DNA of 64,000 bases from an uncultured Methylomirabilota bacterium (GTDB taxonomy: Bacteria; Methylomirabilota; Methylomirabilia; Methylomirabilales; 2-02-FULL-66-22), in assembly GCA_963845565.1 (NCBI GenBank), contig CAWJSJ010000005.1:608001-672000 (forward strand), read 5' to 3'. The notes beneath the pieces are model-generated. The model did no database searches. It saw only the letters and a list, made by a program, of their open reading frames with translations, and was not told the DNA's origin. Shown here piece after piece: positions 19,475 through 29,780 of the stretch (its first letter is position 1; the number at the start of each line of letters is the position of its first letter). The position numbers and the translations under genes are program-made.

Positions 19475-19996
19475 ATGCTGGATGACGCGATCCGAAAGCG
19501 CGTGATGGCCGTGCTGGCGCCCCTGCGCGTGGTCTACGGCGCCATGGTCGGCTCCATTCTGGCGTACTGGATCGTGGTCCAGGTGATCCGCAAGGTCGGG
19601 CAGATCCCGCGAGGGCGCGACATCTTCGCCGCGGTGGATTGGATGCGGTACCCCCTGTACGTTCTGGGGGTCGCCGCCTGCATCGCGATCTTGATCTTGC
19701 GCCGGCGCCTGTTTCAACCGGAGGCGCTGGTTCGACGATCCGCCGGCCGGTCCCTGCCCGAGGTCCTGTCCATTCTCTCCTCGAATCAAGTCCTGATCTT
19801 CGCGTTGGCAGAGGTTCCGGTAATCCTCGGGCTGGCGTTGTATTTCGTGGGTGGGTATCTTCTGGACTTTTATGCGCTGGCCGCGGTATCGGTGGTGGCG
19901 TTCGCGCTGGCGTTCCCATCTGCGGGCGACTGGGAGCAGGCGCTCGGACAGATTCGCGCCTCGCGCCCCGAGTTGTTTTCTCCGCCCGAGGCCTGA
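19475..19996 (+). CDS. Hypothetical membrane protein (about 4 TM)
   Basis: Hydrophobic 173 aa ORF filling the ntrX-mutM gap. Confidence 0.7.
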   Translation: MLDDAIRKRVMAVLAPLRVVYGAMVGSILAYWIVVQVIRKVGQIPRGRDIFAAVDWMRYPLYVLGVAACIAILILRRRLFQPEALVRRSAGRSLPEVLSILSSNQVLIFALAEVPVILGLALYFVGGYLLDFYALAAVSVVAFALAFPSAGDWEQALGQIRASRPELFSPPEA

Positions 19997-20016
19997 CAGC
20001 GCGCAGAGACGGACGA

Positions 20017-20838
20017 ATGCCCGAACTGCCGGAAGTCGAGGTGATACGGCAAGCCCTGGCGCCCTTGGTCGTGCGCCGCCGGATCGAGGCGGCCGAGATC
20101 CGCGAGCCGCGTCTGACGCGGCGTGGCGGGACGCCGTCGCAGATCGCATCGGCCCTGGCGGGCCAGACCGTGGCGGCCCTGCGCCGGCGGGGCAAATATT
20201 TCCTCTTCGAACTGGGCCGCGAGTGTCTCGTCGTGCACCTCGGCATGACCGGACAGCTTCTCTGGTGGAACGCGCGCGCGGAGTTCCGGCCGGATACCCA
20301 CACCCATGCCCACCTGTCGTTCGACGGGGGCGGGATCCTCTCGTACCGGGACAGCCGAAAGTTCGGCCAGATCTTTTTGCTGCCGACGGCGGCGGTGGAC
20401 CGCACACTCGGCATCGGGGTGGAGCCGCTGGACGCCGGTTTTACCCTCGAGGTCTTCGAGCGGATCTGCCGCGCGTCCGCGGTCCGCCTCAAGCCGTTTC
20501 TCCTGGATCAACGCAAGGTCGCCGGGATCGGAAACATCTATGCGGATGAAGCCCTTTTTCGCGCCGGCGTCCGGCCCACGCGGCGGGCGTCGTCCCTGCG
20601 CCGGGTCGAGGTCCAGGCCCTGCGGCGAGCGATCCGGGCCGTCCTGCGTGCCGGCATCCGGCATCGCGGCAGCTCCATCTCGGACTTCCGCGACCCGTGC
20701 GGAGAACCTGGCCACTTTGCGCCCCTCCATCGCGTGTATCACCGTCACGGCGAGCCGTGCGTCACCTGCCGGACGCCCATCCGCCGCATCGTCTTGGGCC
20801 AGCGCGGGACGCATTTCTGCCCCACCTGCCAGCGGTAA
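20017..20838 (+). CDS. mutM: Formamidopyrimidine-DNA glycosylase
   Basis: MPELPEVE, RRGKY, HLGMTG, GIGNIYADE, C4 zinc finger. Confidence 0.96.
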   Translation: MPELPEVEVIRQALAPLVVRRRIEAAEIREPRLTRRGGTPSQIASALAGQTVAALRRRGKYFLFELGRECLVVHLGMTGQLLWWNARAEFRPDTHTHAHLSFDGGGILSYRDSRKFGQIFLLPTAAVDRTLGIGVEPLDAGFTLEVFERICRASAVRLKPFLLDQRKVAGIGNIYADEALFRAGVRPTRRASSLRRVEVQALRRAIRAVLRAGIRHRGSSISDFRDPCGEPGHFAPLHRVYHRHGEPCVTCRTPIRRIVLGQRGTHFCPTCQR

Positions 20839-20858
20839 ACCGGGTGCACCGTCGGCGG

Positions 20859-20963
20859 TAAGCCGTTGTCAAAGAATACGTTGAGCGGAGACATTCCGAA
20901 ACGGCATAAGGAGCCGTAACGAAATAGAAAGAGATGTATAGGTTATTTCGTAACGGCTCCTAA
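20859..20963. mobile_element. 99-bp MITE (family 1), copy 2, with TAA flanks
   Basis: Near-identical to copies 1 and 3. Confidence 0.9.
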
Positions 20964-20982
20964 GGCGCCGCGGTGGAGTGAG

Positions 20983-22710
20983 ATGACGAACCCAGCGATC
21001 GCCGCCCTGTTCAACGAGATTGCCGACTTCCTGGAGATCAAGGGAGACAACCCCTTCCGCGTCCGGGCCTATCGGCGGGCCGCGGAAACGGCGGCGGGGT
21101 TGGCGGAGGATCTGGCGGCGGTCGCGGCGCGCGGCGGTCTGCTGGAGATCCCGGGGATCGGGAAAGACCTGGCGGCGAAAATCCAGGAATACCTCGACCA
21201 GGGGAGGGTCGAGTACCTGGAGGGGCTCCGCCGAGAGATCCCTCCGGGCGTGGTCGAGCTGATGCGCATCCACGGCGTCGGGCCGAAGACGGCGAAGCTG
21301 CTCTACGAGCGGGCCGGCGTGGACTCGGTCGAGAAGCTCGAGGCGCTGGCGCAGGCGCACAAGCTGGTCGGCATCCCCGGCATCCAGGCCAAGACCGAGG
21401 AGAACATCCTCAAGGGGATCGCCGTCTGGAAGAGCGGGCAGGAGCGCATGCCGCTCGGCGCCGCGCTCCCCTTGGCCGAGGCGATCGTGGCGGCGCTCCG
21501 GTCGCACGGCGCGGTGGAGCGGATCGCGCTGGCGGGAAGCCTTCGCCGGATGAAGGAGACGGTCAAGGACATCGACGTCCTGGTGACCTCGACGACGCCG
21601 GCGCGGGTCATGGAGGTCTTCCTGGCGCTCCCGAATGTGGCGGATGTCCTGGTGCATGGGGATACCAAGTCCAGCGTTCGCCTGCGGGAGAAGATCCAGG
21701 TGGACCTCCGGGTCGTGGAGCCGGCATGCTTCGGCGCTGCCCTCCAGTACTTCACCGGTTCCAAGCAGCATAACATCCGGGTCCGCGAGTTGGCCCAGCG
21801 GCGCGGGCTGAAGGTGAACGAGTACGGGGTGTTCGACGAGAAGGCGGATCGCCGCGTGAGCGGCGCCACGGAAGAGGAGGTCTATGGCGCCGTCGGCCTC
21901 CCGTGCATTCCGCCGGAGATCCGGGAGGACGGCGGCGAGATCGAGGCCGCGCTGGAAGGCCGGCTGCCGACGCTGGTGACACTCGACGAGATCCGGGGGG
22001 ACCTGCAGCTGCACACGACGTGGAGCGACGGGGTCCATTCGCTGGGGGAGCTTGCAGCCGGCGTCCGGTCCCGGGGCTATCAGTACATGGCGGTCACCGA
22101 CCACTCCAAGTCCTCCACGGTCGCCGGCGGCATGGACGAGGCGCGGGTGGTCGGGATGATTGCCGAGGTCCGGGCGCTCAACAAGCGGCTGAAGGGGTTC
22201 CGCGTGCTGGCGGGTTGCGAGGTGGATATCCGGGCCGACGGGAGTCTGGATTTTCCGGACGAGATCCTGGTCCAGCTTGACCTCGTGCAGGTGTCCGTCC
22301 ACTCCCGCTTCAAGATGAGCCGCGAGGAGATGACGGCGCGGATCGTCCGCGCCGTCCGGCATCCGCTGGTGCATATTCTCGGCCATCCGACGGGTCGGCT
22401 GATCGGCGAGCGCGCCGCCTACGCGCTGGACATGGACGCGGTCCTCCAGGCGGCCAGGGCGGCGGGTATCGCGGTGGAGATCAACGCGTCGCCGTCGCGT
22501 CTGGATCTGAACGACGTGCACGCGCGGCGCGCCCGGGATCTCGGCATCCCCATCACCATCAGTACCGATGCTCACGCCATCGCCCAGCTGGACTTCATGC
22601 GGTACGGGGTGGCGGTGGCGCGGCGGGCGTGGCTCACGGCCCCGGACATCCTCAACACGCGGCCGGAACGGGCTCTCTCGTCCTGGCTGAAGGCGCGTTC
22701 CCCTCGGTAG
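20983..22710 (+). CDS. polX: DNA polymerase X / PHP domain protein
   Basis: NPFRVRAY, GSLRR...KDID, YFTGSK, TDHS, HPTGR, STDAH. Confidence 0.95.
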   Translation: MTNPAIAALFNEIADFLEIKGDNPFRVRAYRRAAETAAGLAEDLAAVAARGGLLEIPGIGKDLAAKIQEYLDQGRVEYLEGLRREIPPGVVELMRIHGVGPKTAKLLYERAGVDSVEKLEALAQAHKLVGIPGIQAKTEENILKGIAVWKSGQERMPLGAALPLAEAIVAALRSHGAVERIALAGSLRRMKETVKDIDVLVTSTTPARVMEVFLALPNVADVLVHGDTKSSVRLREKIQVDLRVVEPACFGAALQYFTGSKQHNIRVRELAQRRGLKVNEYGVFDEKADRRVSGATEEEVYGAVGLPCIPPEIREDGGEIEAALEGRLPTLVTLDEIRGDLQLHTTWSDGVHSLGELAAGVRSRGYQYMAVTDHSKSSTVAGGMDEARVVGMIAEVRALNKRLKGFRVLAGCEVDIRADGSLDFPDEILVQLDLVQVSVHSRFKMSREEMTARIVRAVRHPLVHILGHPTGRLIGERAAYALDMDAVLQAARAAGIAVEINASPSRLDLNDVHARRARDLGIPITISTDAHAIAQLDFMRYGVAVARRAWLTAPDILNTRPERALSSWLKARSPR

Positions 22711-22765
22711 ACGCGGGGACCGACCGAACGGCGATGCGCCGGGCCACCGGTGCGCCGCGCCAGGG

Positions 22766-22794
22766 TTGACGCGGTCCGAACGGCGCGGTAGTAT
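22766..22794 (+). promoter_or_regulatory. Sigma70-type promoter upstream of ggt
   Basis: TTGACG-17 bp-TAGTAT. Confidence 0.6.
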
Positions 22795-22880
22795 GCCGCC
22801 CGTGTGGATGGGTTTCCTCGCGAACGGCGACGCGCGCGACGTCGTCACGCCCACGAATCTGCCGCCAAGGAGAGCGAGTT

Positions 22881-24680
22881 ATGGCGCCTTTCACGACACG
22901 CCCCGTCGTCATGGGAACGCGCGGCGTGGTCACCTCGGGACACTACCTGGCCACCGCCGCCGGCTTCCGGATCATGGAGCGAGGCGGCAACGCCATCGAC
23001 GCCGCTGCCGCCATGGGCTTCTGCCTGAACCTGCTCGAGCCGCAAAGCAACGGGATCGGCGGGGAGGTCCCGACGCTCATTTACTCGGCGGCAGAGGGGA
23101 AGGCCTTTGCGATCAGCGGCGTCGGCTGGAACGCTGCGGCCTTCACGATTGACTGGTGCCGGGAGCACGGCATCGACCTCATCCCGGGCGACGGCTTCTT
23201 GCCGGCCTGCGTGCCGGCGCCGGTGGACACCTGGGCGACGGCGCTCGCCCGCTTCGGGACCCTGCGTTTCGCGGATATCCTCCAACCCGCGATCGAACTC
23301 GCCGAGCACGGCTTCCCCATCTACGACGGGTTGCATGAGCATCTGGTGGCCAACCGGGAGAAATATCTGACGCGGTATCCGACCACCGGCGAACTGTATC
23401 TCCCGGGCGGGCGCGTGCCCGAGGTCGGGGAGGTCTGGCGGAACCCTGACTGGGCCAACGTCCTCAAGCGGCTGTGCCGGGCCGAGGCGGCGGCATCGCC
23501 CCGGGGGCGGATCGCGGGCATCGAGGCGGCGCGGGATGCGTTCTACACGGGGGAGGTGGCGGAGCGCATCCTGGCCTTCATCGCCGAGCACCCGGTGGAG
23601 GATGCCAGCGGGAGCGTGCATGCGGGGCTCCTGTCGGCCGCGGACCTGGCCGAGTGGCGCGCCACGGTCGAGGAGCCGGTGCAAATCTCCTTCGGGGACT
23701 TGGAGGTCCACAAGTGCCCGACCTGGACGCAAGGGCCGGTGTTCCTGCAGCACCTGGCGCTTCTCGCCGGGGACGACCTGAAGGCGCTCGGTCCGAACTC
23801 GGCAGACTACCTCCACCTGTTCATCGAGTCCGCCAAGCTGGCATTCGCGGATCGTGAGGCCTACTACGGCGACCCGCGCTTCGACACGGTGCCCCTGGAC
23901 GTCTTGCTCTCGCCGGCGTACACGGCCAAGCGGCGGGCGCTGATCGGCGCCGAGGCCTGTCCGCACTTCCGGCCGGGCGACGTGGGGCAGGGGGTACCCC
24001 CCTACGCCACCTTCAACGTGCAGGAGGACAACCGCCGTGCCCTCCACGTCACCGGGCGCGCGGTGAAAGACCTGGGGTTGGGCCACTCCCACGTGGGCGA
24101 CACGACCCATCTGGACGCGGTGGACCGCCAGGGGAACATGGTGGCGGCGACCCCCAGCGGCGGCTGGCTGGCGGATTCCCCGGTGATTCGGGGACTCGGC
24201 TTTCCGCTGGGGAGCCGGGGTCAGATGTTCTACCTGAACGCGGCGCGCCCCAATGCCCTGGCGCCCCGCAAGCGCCCGCGGGCCACGCTGACGCCCTCGC
24301 TCGTCACCCGGGGCGGCAAGCCCTTCATGGTCTTCGGCACGCCGGGCGGGGATGGGCAGGAGCAATGGACGCTCCAGTTCTTCCTGAACCACGTGGTCTT
24401 CGGGATGAATCTGCAGGAGGCGCTGGACGTCCCCACGGTCACCTGCGTCCACTTCCCGTCGTCCTTCTACCCGCGGCCGGCCTATCCCAACCGGGTGGAG
24501 GTCGAGGGGCGCCTCGACCGGGCGGTCCTCCAGGAATTGGAGCGGCGAGGCCACGAGGTCAAGACGATCGATGCCTGGGCCAACGGCAAGGTGATGGGAA
24601 TCCGGTTCGATCGGGAGCGAGGGGTGATCGCGGGGGCGGCGTCTCCGCGACGGAGCATCGGATACGCGCTGGGCTGGTGA
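22881..24680 (+). CDS. ggt: Gamma-glutamyltransferase family protein
   Basis: GGNAIDAA, GIGG, nucleophile motif DTTHL, GTPGG. Confidence 0.92.
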   Translation: MAPFTTRPVVMGTRGVVTSGHYLATAAGFRIMERGGNAIDAAAAMGFCLNLLEPQSNGIGGEVPTLIYSAAEGKAFAISGVGWNAAAFTIDWCREHGIDLIPGDGFLPACVPAPVDTWATALARFGTLRFADILQPAIELAEHGFPIYDGLHEHLVANREKYLTRYPTTGELYLPGGRVPEVGEVWRNPDWANVLKRLCRAEAAASPRGRIAGIEAARDAFYTGEVAERILAFIAEHPVEDASGSVHAGLLSAADLAEWRATVEEPVQISFGDLEVHKCPTWTQGPVFLQHLALLAGDDLKALGPNSADYLHLFIESAKLAFADREAYYGDPRFDTVPLDVLLSPAYTAKRRALIGAEACPHFRPGDVGQGVPPYATFNVQEDNRRALHVTGRAVKDLGLGHSHVGDTTHLDAVDRQGNMVAATPSGGWLADSPVIRGLGFPLGSRGQMFYLNAARPNALAPRKRPRATLTPSLVTRGGKPFMVFGTPGGDGQEQWTLQFFLNHVVFGMNLQEALDVPTVTCVHFPSSFYPRPAYPNRVEVEGRLDRAVLQELERRGHEVKTIDAWANGKVMGIRFDRERGVIAGAASPRRSIGYALGW

Positions 24681-24729
24681 GCCGGGCGGCGGCCGGGCGA
24701 CAGCGTGGCCGACACGGGGACTGACATCC

Positions 24730-25407
24730 ATGATCGATCTTCACACCTTCTCCATCGTCGCCCGCGATCCCATTGGCGCGTTCGGTGTGGCGGTGGCCAC
24801 GGCGCGTCCGAGCGTGGGAAGCCTGGTGCCCTTCGTGTCACCGGCCGGGGCGATCGCTACCCAAGCGCGGGTGAACACCGAACTCGGCAGGCGCGGCCTG
24901 GCCTTGCTGGAGCAGGGGGTGCCGGTCCAGACTGCGCTCCGCGCGCTCCTGGCCGAGGACGCGGACCGGGAGATCCGCCAGATCCACGGTGTCGACGGGA
25001 CGCGGGTCTTTTGCCACACGGGGGCGCGATGCGTCTCCTGGTGCGGGCACCACGCGGGCGACGGCTTCACCGTGGCGGGAAACATGCTGGCGGGGCCGCA
25101 GGTGATCGCCGCCATGGTCGAGGCCTACGGCGCCGCCCGCGGCGAGCAGCGGGAGCTCTCGGAGTGTCTCCTGGCGGCCTTGGAGGCGGGGCAGAACGCG
25201 GGTGGGGACAAGCGCGGCAAGCAATCGGCCGCGCTCTTGGTGGCCAGCCCGGAGCCGCGGATGTACCACAACCTGCGCGTGGACGAGCACGCAACCCCGG
25301 TGGCCGAACTGCGGCGGATCTACGAGGTGGTTGGGGAGCACTCCCGACAGATCGAGCGCGAGTACGGCCCCGAGGGACTCCGCCTGTTCGGGCGGGTGAA
25401 GTACTGA
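24730..25407 (+). CDS. DUF1028 family protein
   Basis: TFSIVARD, GAIATQA, AGNML, GGDKRGKQSAAL, LRVDEH. Confidence 0.9.
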   Translation: MIDLHTFSIVARDPIGAFGVAVATARPSVGSLVPFVSPAGAIATQARVNTELGRRGLALLEQGVPVQTALRALLAEDADREIRQIHGVDGTRVFCHTGARCVSWCGHHAGDGFTVAGNMLAGPQVIAAMVEAYGAARGEQRELSECLLAALEAGQNAGGDKRGKQSAALLVASPEPRMYHNLRVDEHATPVAELRRIYEVVGEHSRQIEREYGPEGLRLFGRVKY

Positions 25408-25412
25408 GCGTC

Positions 25413-26303
25413 TCAGTAATCCTTCGGGTCCAGGAAATCCCGCAGGCCGTCGCCGGCCAGGTTGAAGGAGAGGGCGAGGAAGAAGATGGCGAGGCCGGGC
25501 CACCAGGCCATCCAGGGGGCGGTCTCGAGGAACTGCTGGGCGGTGTTCAACATGGTGCCCCAGCTGGGGGTGGGCGGCTGGACGCCCAGGCCGAGGAAGG
25601 AGAGGATGGCCTCCGCGATGATCGCGCTCGGGATCGAGACGGTGGCTTGAACGAGCAGGGCGCTGAAGATGTTGGGGAGAATGTGGCGCAGCATCATCCG
25701 CACGTCCCCGCCACCCAGGGCCCGCGCGCTCTGGACGTAGTCCTCCTGCACGGTACCCAGCACCAGCCCACGAGTCAACCGAATGTAGGTCGGCGTGGCC
25801 GCCATGCCGATGGCCACGGTGGCGTTGGTCAGGGATGGCCCAAGGATGGTGACCAGGCCGATGGCGAGGATCAGGAACGGAAAGGACAGCCAGGCGTCCG
25901 TCAGCCGCATGATCACCTGATCGACCGTGCGCCGGTAGTAGCCCGCCACGAGCCCGGTCGGGACCCCCACGGCAATCGCCAAGAGGATCGAGAAGACGCC
26001 CGCCTGCATCGAGGTGCGCGCCCCCCAGACCACGCGCGAATAGACGTCCCGTCCCAGATCATCCGTTCCGAAGAGGTGCGCCACCGTCGGCGCCTTGCGG
26101 ATCTGGCTCCAGTTGGTCCGGATGGGGTCCCCCGTCGCCAGCCACGGCGCGGCGAGCGCCATCAAGAGGAACAGGAACACGACCACGGCCCCGACGACCG
26201 CGGGGGGCCGGCGCAGGGCGCGGCGCCACGTCCGCCGCCGCCGCGGGGCCGACGCAGCGTGCTCCGCGCCTGCAGGCATGGCCGTGCCGTCGCTAGGACT
26301 CAT
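25413..26303 (-). CDS. Peptide/nickel ABC transporter permease (DppC-like)
   Basis: FGTDDLGRD, EAA loop YVQSARALG, LSFLGLG. Confidence 0.92.
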   Translation of the reverse strand: MSPSDGTAMPAGAEHAASAPRRRRTWRRALRRPPAVVGAVVVFLFLLMALAAPWLATGDPIRTNWSQIRKAPTVAHLFGTDDLGRDVYSRVVWGARTSMQAGVFSILLAIAVGVPTGLVAGYYRRTVDQVIMRLTDAWLSFPFLILAIGLVTILGPSLTNATVAIGMAATPTYIRLTRGLVLGTVQEDYVQSARALGGGDVRMMLRHILPNIFSALLVQATVSIPSAIIAEAILSFLGLGVQPPTPSWGTMLNTAQQFLETAPWMAWWPGLAIFFLALSFNLAGDGLRDFLDPKDY

Positions 26304-27256
26304 CCGCCGACCCTTTCACACGGATGCGTGGATTCATGAGCGAGTAAGACACGTCCACCAGCAGGTTGATCAGAACGTAGGCGCTGGCCGTGATCAGGAC
26401 GACCCCCTGGACCAGCGGGTAATCCCGGGTGAACACCGCCTCCACGATGAGTCGCCCGAAACCGGGAACCACGAAGATCTGCTCGGTCACCACGGCCCCG
26501 CCCATCAGGGTTCCCATCTGGAGCCCCAGGATCGTGACGATGGGGATGAGTCCGTTCCGGAGCGCATGCCGGAACACCACCACCCGCTCGGCCAGTCCCT
26601 TGCTGTAAGCGGTCCGGATGTAATTGGCGCTCAACACCTCGATCATGCTGTTCCTGGTCTGGCGCATCAGCACCGCCGCCAGTGCCGCGCCGAGGACAAA
26701 GGCGGGCATGATCATGCGCTGCAGGTTGCCCAGGGGGTCGTCGAGGAACGGGACGAAGCCCGAGGCGGGAAGCACGTGGAGCCGGACCGAGAGAAAGAGA
26801 ATCAGCATGATCCCCAGCCAGAAACTGGGGATCGAGACGCCGCACAGGGATACGGCATTCGCCAGGAGATCCCACACCGTGTTCCGACGGATGGCCGAGA
26901 AGATGCCGGCCGGGATCGCGATCCCGATGGCGATGACCAAGGCGAAGGCGGCGAGCTGCATCGTGATCGGGAGCTTCATGGCCACCGTCTTGACCACCGG
27001 CTCCCGCGTGCGGATGGACTCGCCCAGATCCCCCTGGAGGGCGAGGGTCGAGCCAACGGAGGTACTGGACAGGGATGGGGTCGGTCAGGCCGTATTTCAC
27101 CCGGATCTCCTGCAATCCGGCCTCGTCGGCGTCCGTTCCGGCCAAAACGCGGGCGGGGTCGCCCGGGATCATGCGGACGCCCGTGAAGACGATGAGGGTA
27201 ATCAGGAGGAAGGTGACGGTGGAGATGGCGATTCGCCGAGCCAAGAAGTCGAGCAC
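26293..27256 (-). CDS. Peptide/nickel ABC transporter permease (DppB-like), frameshift near 27030-27055
   Basis: N-terminal part IPGDPA...QYLRW; C-terminal part PSFWLG, YIRTAYSKGL, RDYPLVQG in another frame. Confidence 0.88.
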
Positions 27257-27300
27257 GGGTCAATCCCGGGTCCCGTCCCGCGCATCGCGCGCGACACGGG

Positions 27301-27335
27301 ACCCCGTAGATGGGCCGTTTTCAGCAGCCTGTTAA
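27301..27335. repeat. Solo end of MITE family 2
   Basis: AGATGGGCCGTTTTCAGCAGCCTGTTAA matches the right ends at ~29766 and ~31167 and abuts the SBP stop codon. Confidence 0.7.
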
Positions 27336-28908
27336 TTCCAGGACACGCCCTTGAGTCGTATCAGGCCGTCGGGCACGGCCTTGTAGCCCTTCAGGTTCTT
27401 CGGATAGGCCACGATGTAGTTCTGGTGGTAGAGGTAGAGCAGATTGCGGCGCTGCAGCACCATCTTGTCGATGGCCTCCTTGTAGAGGGCGATTCGCTGG
27501 CCCTGGTCGCTCACCTCGCGAGCCTTGTTCAGGAGGTCGTCGATGGGCTTGTCGCAGGCGCCGGTCGTGTTCAGGCTGCCGCCGCAGGTGTGGAACTGGT
27601 GGATGTTCCCGTCCGGATCCACCCGCCCGCTCCAGCCGACGACGAAGGCCTGCAGCTTGCCCGGAGTCGTCGTCCTTCAGCGCGGAGGCAAACTCCGTCG
27701 GGTCGGAGCGTGATGTTGAATCCAGCCTCCTGCGCCATCCCCTGGATGACCTCGCCGACGCGGCGCTGCTGCGGGTCGTTGATCGATCGTCAATTCGAAG
27801 CGTAGCCGCCCGGCCAGGCCGGCGTCGGCGAGCAGCTTCTTGGCCTTGGCCACGTCGCGGGTCGGGACACTTGCGGCCCTTGTCGTAGAAGGGGCTGACG
27901 GGCGAGATGGGGGTGCAGCCCGGCGTGTACTGGCCGTCCCACGCCACCTGGTTCAGCGCCTCGCGGTCGATGCTAAGATCGAGCGCCTCGCGCACGCGCG
28001 GATCGTTGGCCAGCGGCGTTCCCAGGTCGACCGGCGGCGTGATTCTTTCCGTTCTTGTTGTGGAGGTTGATGGTGATGCTCGTTGTAGTGGAGGCCGGTG
28101 ACGCTGGACAGGTCGAACCGGCCCTCCTTCTTCAGGCTGGCGGCGTCCGTCGGCGCCACCAGGTGCATCATGTCGATGTCGCCCGAGCGCAGATTGGCCA
28201 GTCGGACGTTGTCGTCCGCGATGATCCGGAACACGATCCGGTCGAACTTGGCCTGGCCCGGATCGAAGTAGTGCTCGGACTTCTCCAGGACGATGCGGTC
28301 CTGCGGCACGCGCTCCACGAACTTCCAGGGGCCCACGCAGATGGGCGCGGTGCCGAACTTGTCGTCCGAGCTTCTTGGCCTGGGTCGGCGAGACCGGCAT
28401 GCCCGCTCGATCGGCGAGGGTGGCCAGGATCGGGGAGAACGGCGCCTTCAAGCGCAGACGCACCGTCATGGGATCGACCACCTCGATGGCGGAGACTGAT
28501 TCCAGCTCGCTACGGCGTGCAGAGCCCTTCATGTTGAGGTGGCGGTCCAGGGAGTACCGGACCGCCTCGGCGTTCATGGGCGTACCGTCGTTGAATTTCA
28601 CGCCTGAGCGGAGCTTGATGGTCACGGTCTTGCCGCCGTCGGAGAAGGCCGGCAGCTCGGCGGCGAGCTGCGGAAAGATCCTCAGGTTCTCATCGAGCTC
28701 GTAGAGCTTCTCGCACATGTGCTCGTAGATGATCCGGCCCACGTAGGTGCGGGACAGGCGTCGGATCCAGGATGTCCGGGTCCTGGTTCAGCGCCACCAC
28801 CAGCGTCTTCTTCGGACTTTGGGCGTCGGCGGGGACGATCAAGAACGCCAGCACTGCGAAGAGTGCCAGCAGGATGTAACCCCCGCGCATCAATACCGTC
28901 TTCCGCAT
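27332..28908 (-). CDS. Peptide ABC transporter substrate-binding protein (family 5), several frameshifts
   Basis: Signal peptide, LRSGVKFNDGTP, GPWKF, DPRVREALDLSIDR pieces in different frames; SD AAGGAGG. Confidence 0.85.
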
Positions 28909-29186
28909 TGCGTCCTCCTTGCCGCGCACCGGTCGGGTGTCTGCGGTTGAATAGGGGGCGATGGTCCGCTACGACGCGGCCACCGCATGGTGGTCCCGGA
29001 GATACGATCGACTGGGCGACAGCCCGCGCCGCCGCGAGAGTGCACGGTGGCTCCGCGGTGTCGGGCGCGGGGGAGATTCGCGCAGAAAGGGAAACGGTGT
29101 CAAGTCAAAACCACCCGAGTGGTCGTTCGGGCAAAGATCTTGACAGGAGCGGCGGCTGGACGTTAGGCTTCCGACAGGAGGACACT

Positions 29187-29594
29187 ATGACTATGAGTTC
29201 CGACCACGGGGTGCAACCGCGTTCAGGCAAGATCTTGGTGGTGGATGACGAGCGGTTGTTGCGCACCATGATGTGCGATGGCCTGGAGGCGATGGGCCAC
29301 ACCGTCACGGCGGCCGTCTCGGGGGCAGAGGCATTGCGATTGGCGAAGGCGGATCGGCCTGACTGCATCCTGCTCGACATCATGATGCCGGACCTGGACG
29401 GTTACGAGACGTGCGCGTCCTTTAAGGCAGACCCCCAACTGGCAGCCATTCCGATACTCCTGATCTCGGCAACCACCGACGTGCAGGTCGTCGATAAGGC
29501 CGAGCGGGCCGGCGCCACCGCAGTCTTGCCGAAACCCATTCCCATGGCAGAGCTTCAGCACGCCGTCACCCTCGCCCTCTCCTCCGCCGCCTAG
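29187..29594 (+). CDS. Single-domain response regulator
   Basis: ILVVDDE, LLDIMMPDLDG, LPKP; SD AGGAGG. Confidence 0.9.
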   Translation: MTMSSDHGVQPRSGKILVVDDERLLRTMMCDGLEAMGHTVTAAVSGAEALRLAKADRPDCILLDIMMPDLDGYETCASFKADPQLAAIPILLISATTDVQVVDKAERAGATAVLPKPIPMAELQHAVTLALSSAA

Positions 29595-29770
29595 CACGAT
29601 GCGGAAACCCATTTTCGCCCAGGCTGCTCAAAAAGGTCCGGATGCAAGGCGGCGTCACCCATCCTTGTCGGATGGGTACCCGGCGTGGCGCGAGGCGTAC
29701 TTACGCGTACGTCGCAGCGCCGCGCGAGCGCGCCAACGCCGAAGACGGGCCTTTTTCAGCAGCCTGTTAG
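29592..29770. mobile_element. MITE family 2, copy A
   Basis: CAGGCTGCTCAAAAAGG...CCTTTTTCAGCAGCCTG inverted repeats plus a degenerate outer left end starting at the TAG stop; homologous to 31013-31171. Confidence 0.8.
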
Positions 29771-29780
29771 TCGACGCCGG

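Noticed and set aside
16144..22854. Long alternative-frame and antisense ORFs (e.g. 641, 625, 678 and 661 aa)
   Set aside because: Shadow ORFs of well-supported genes in high-GC DNA, without recognisable motifs
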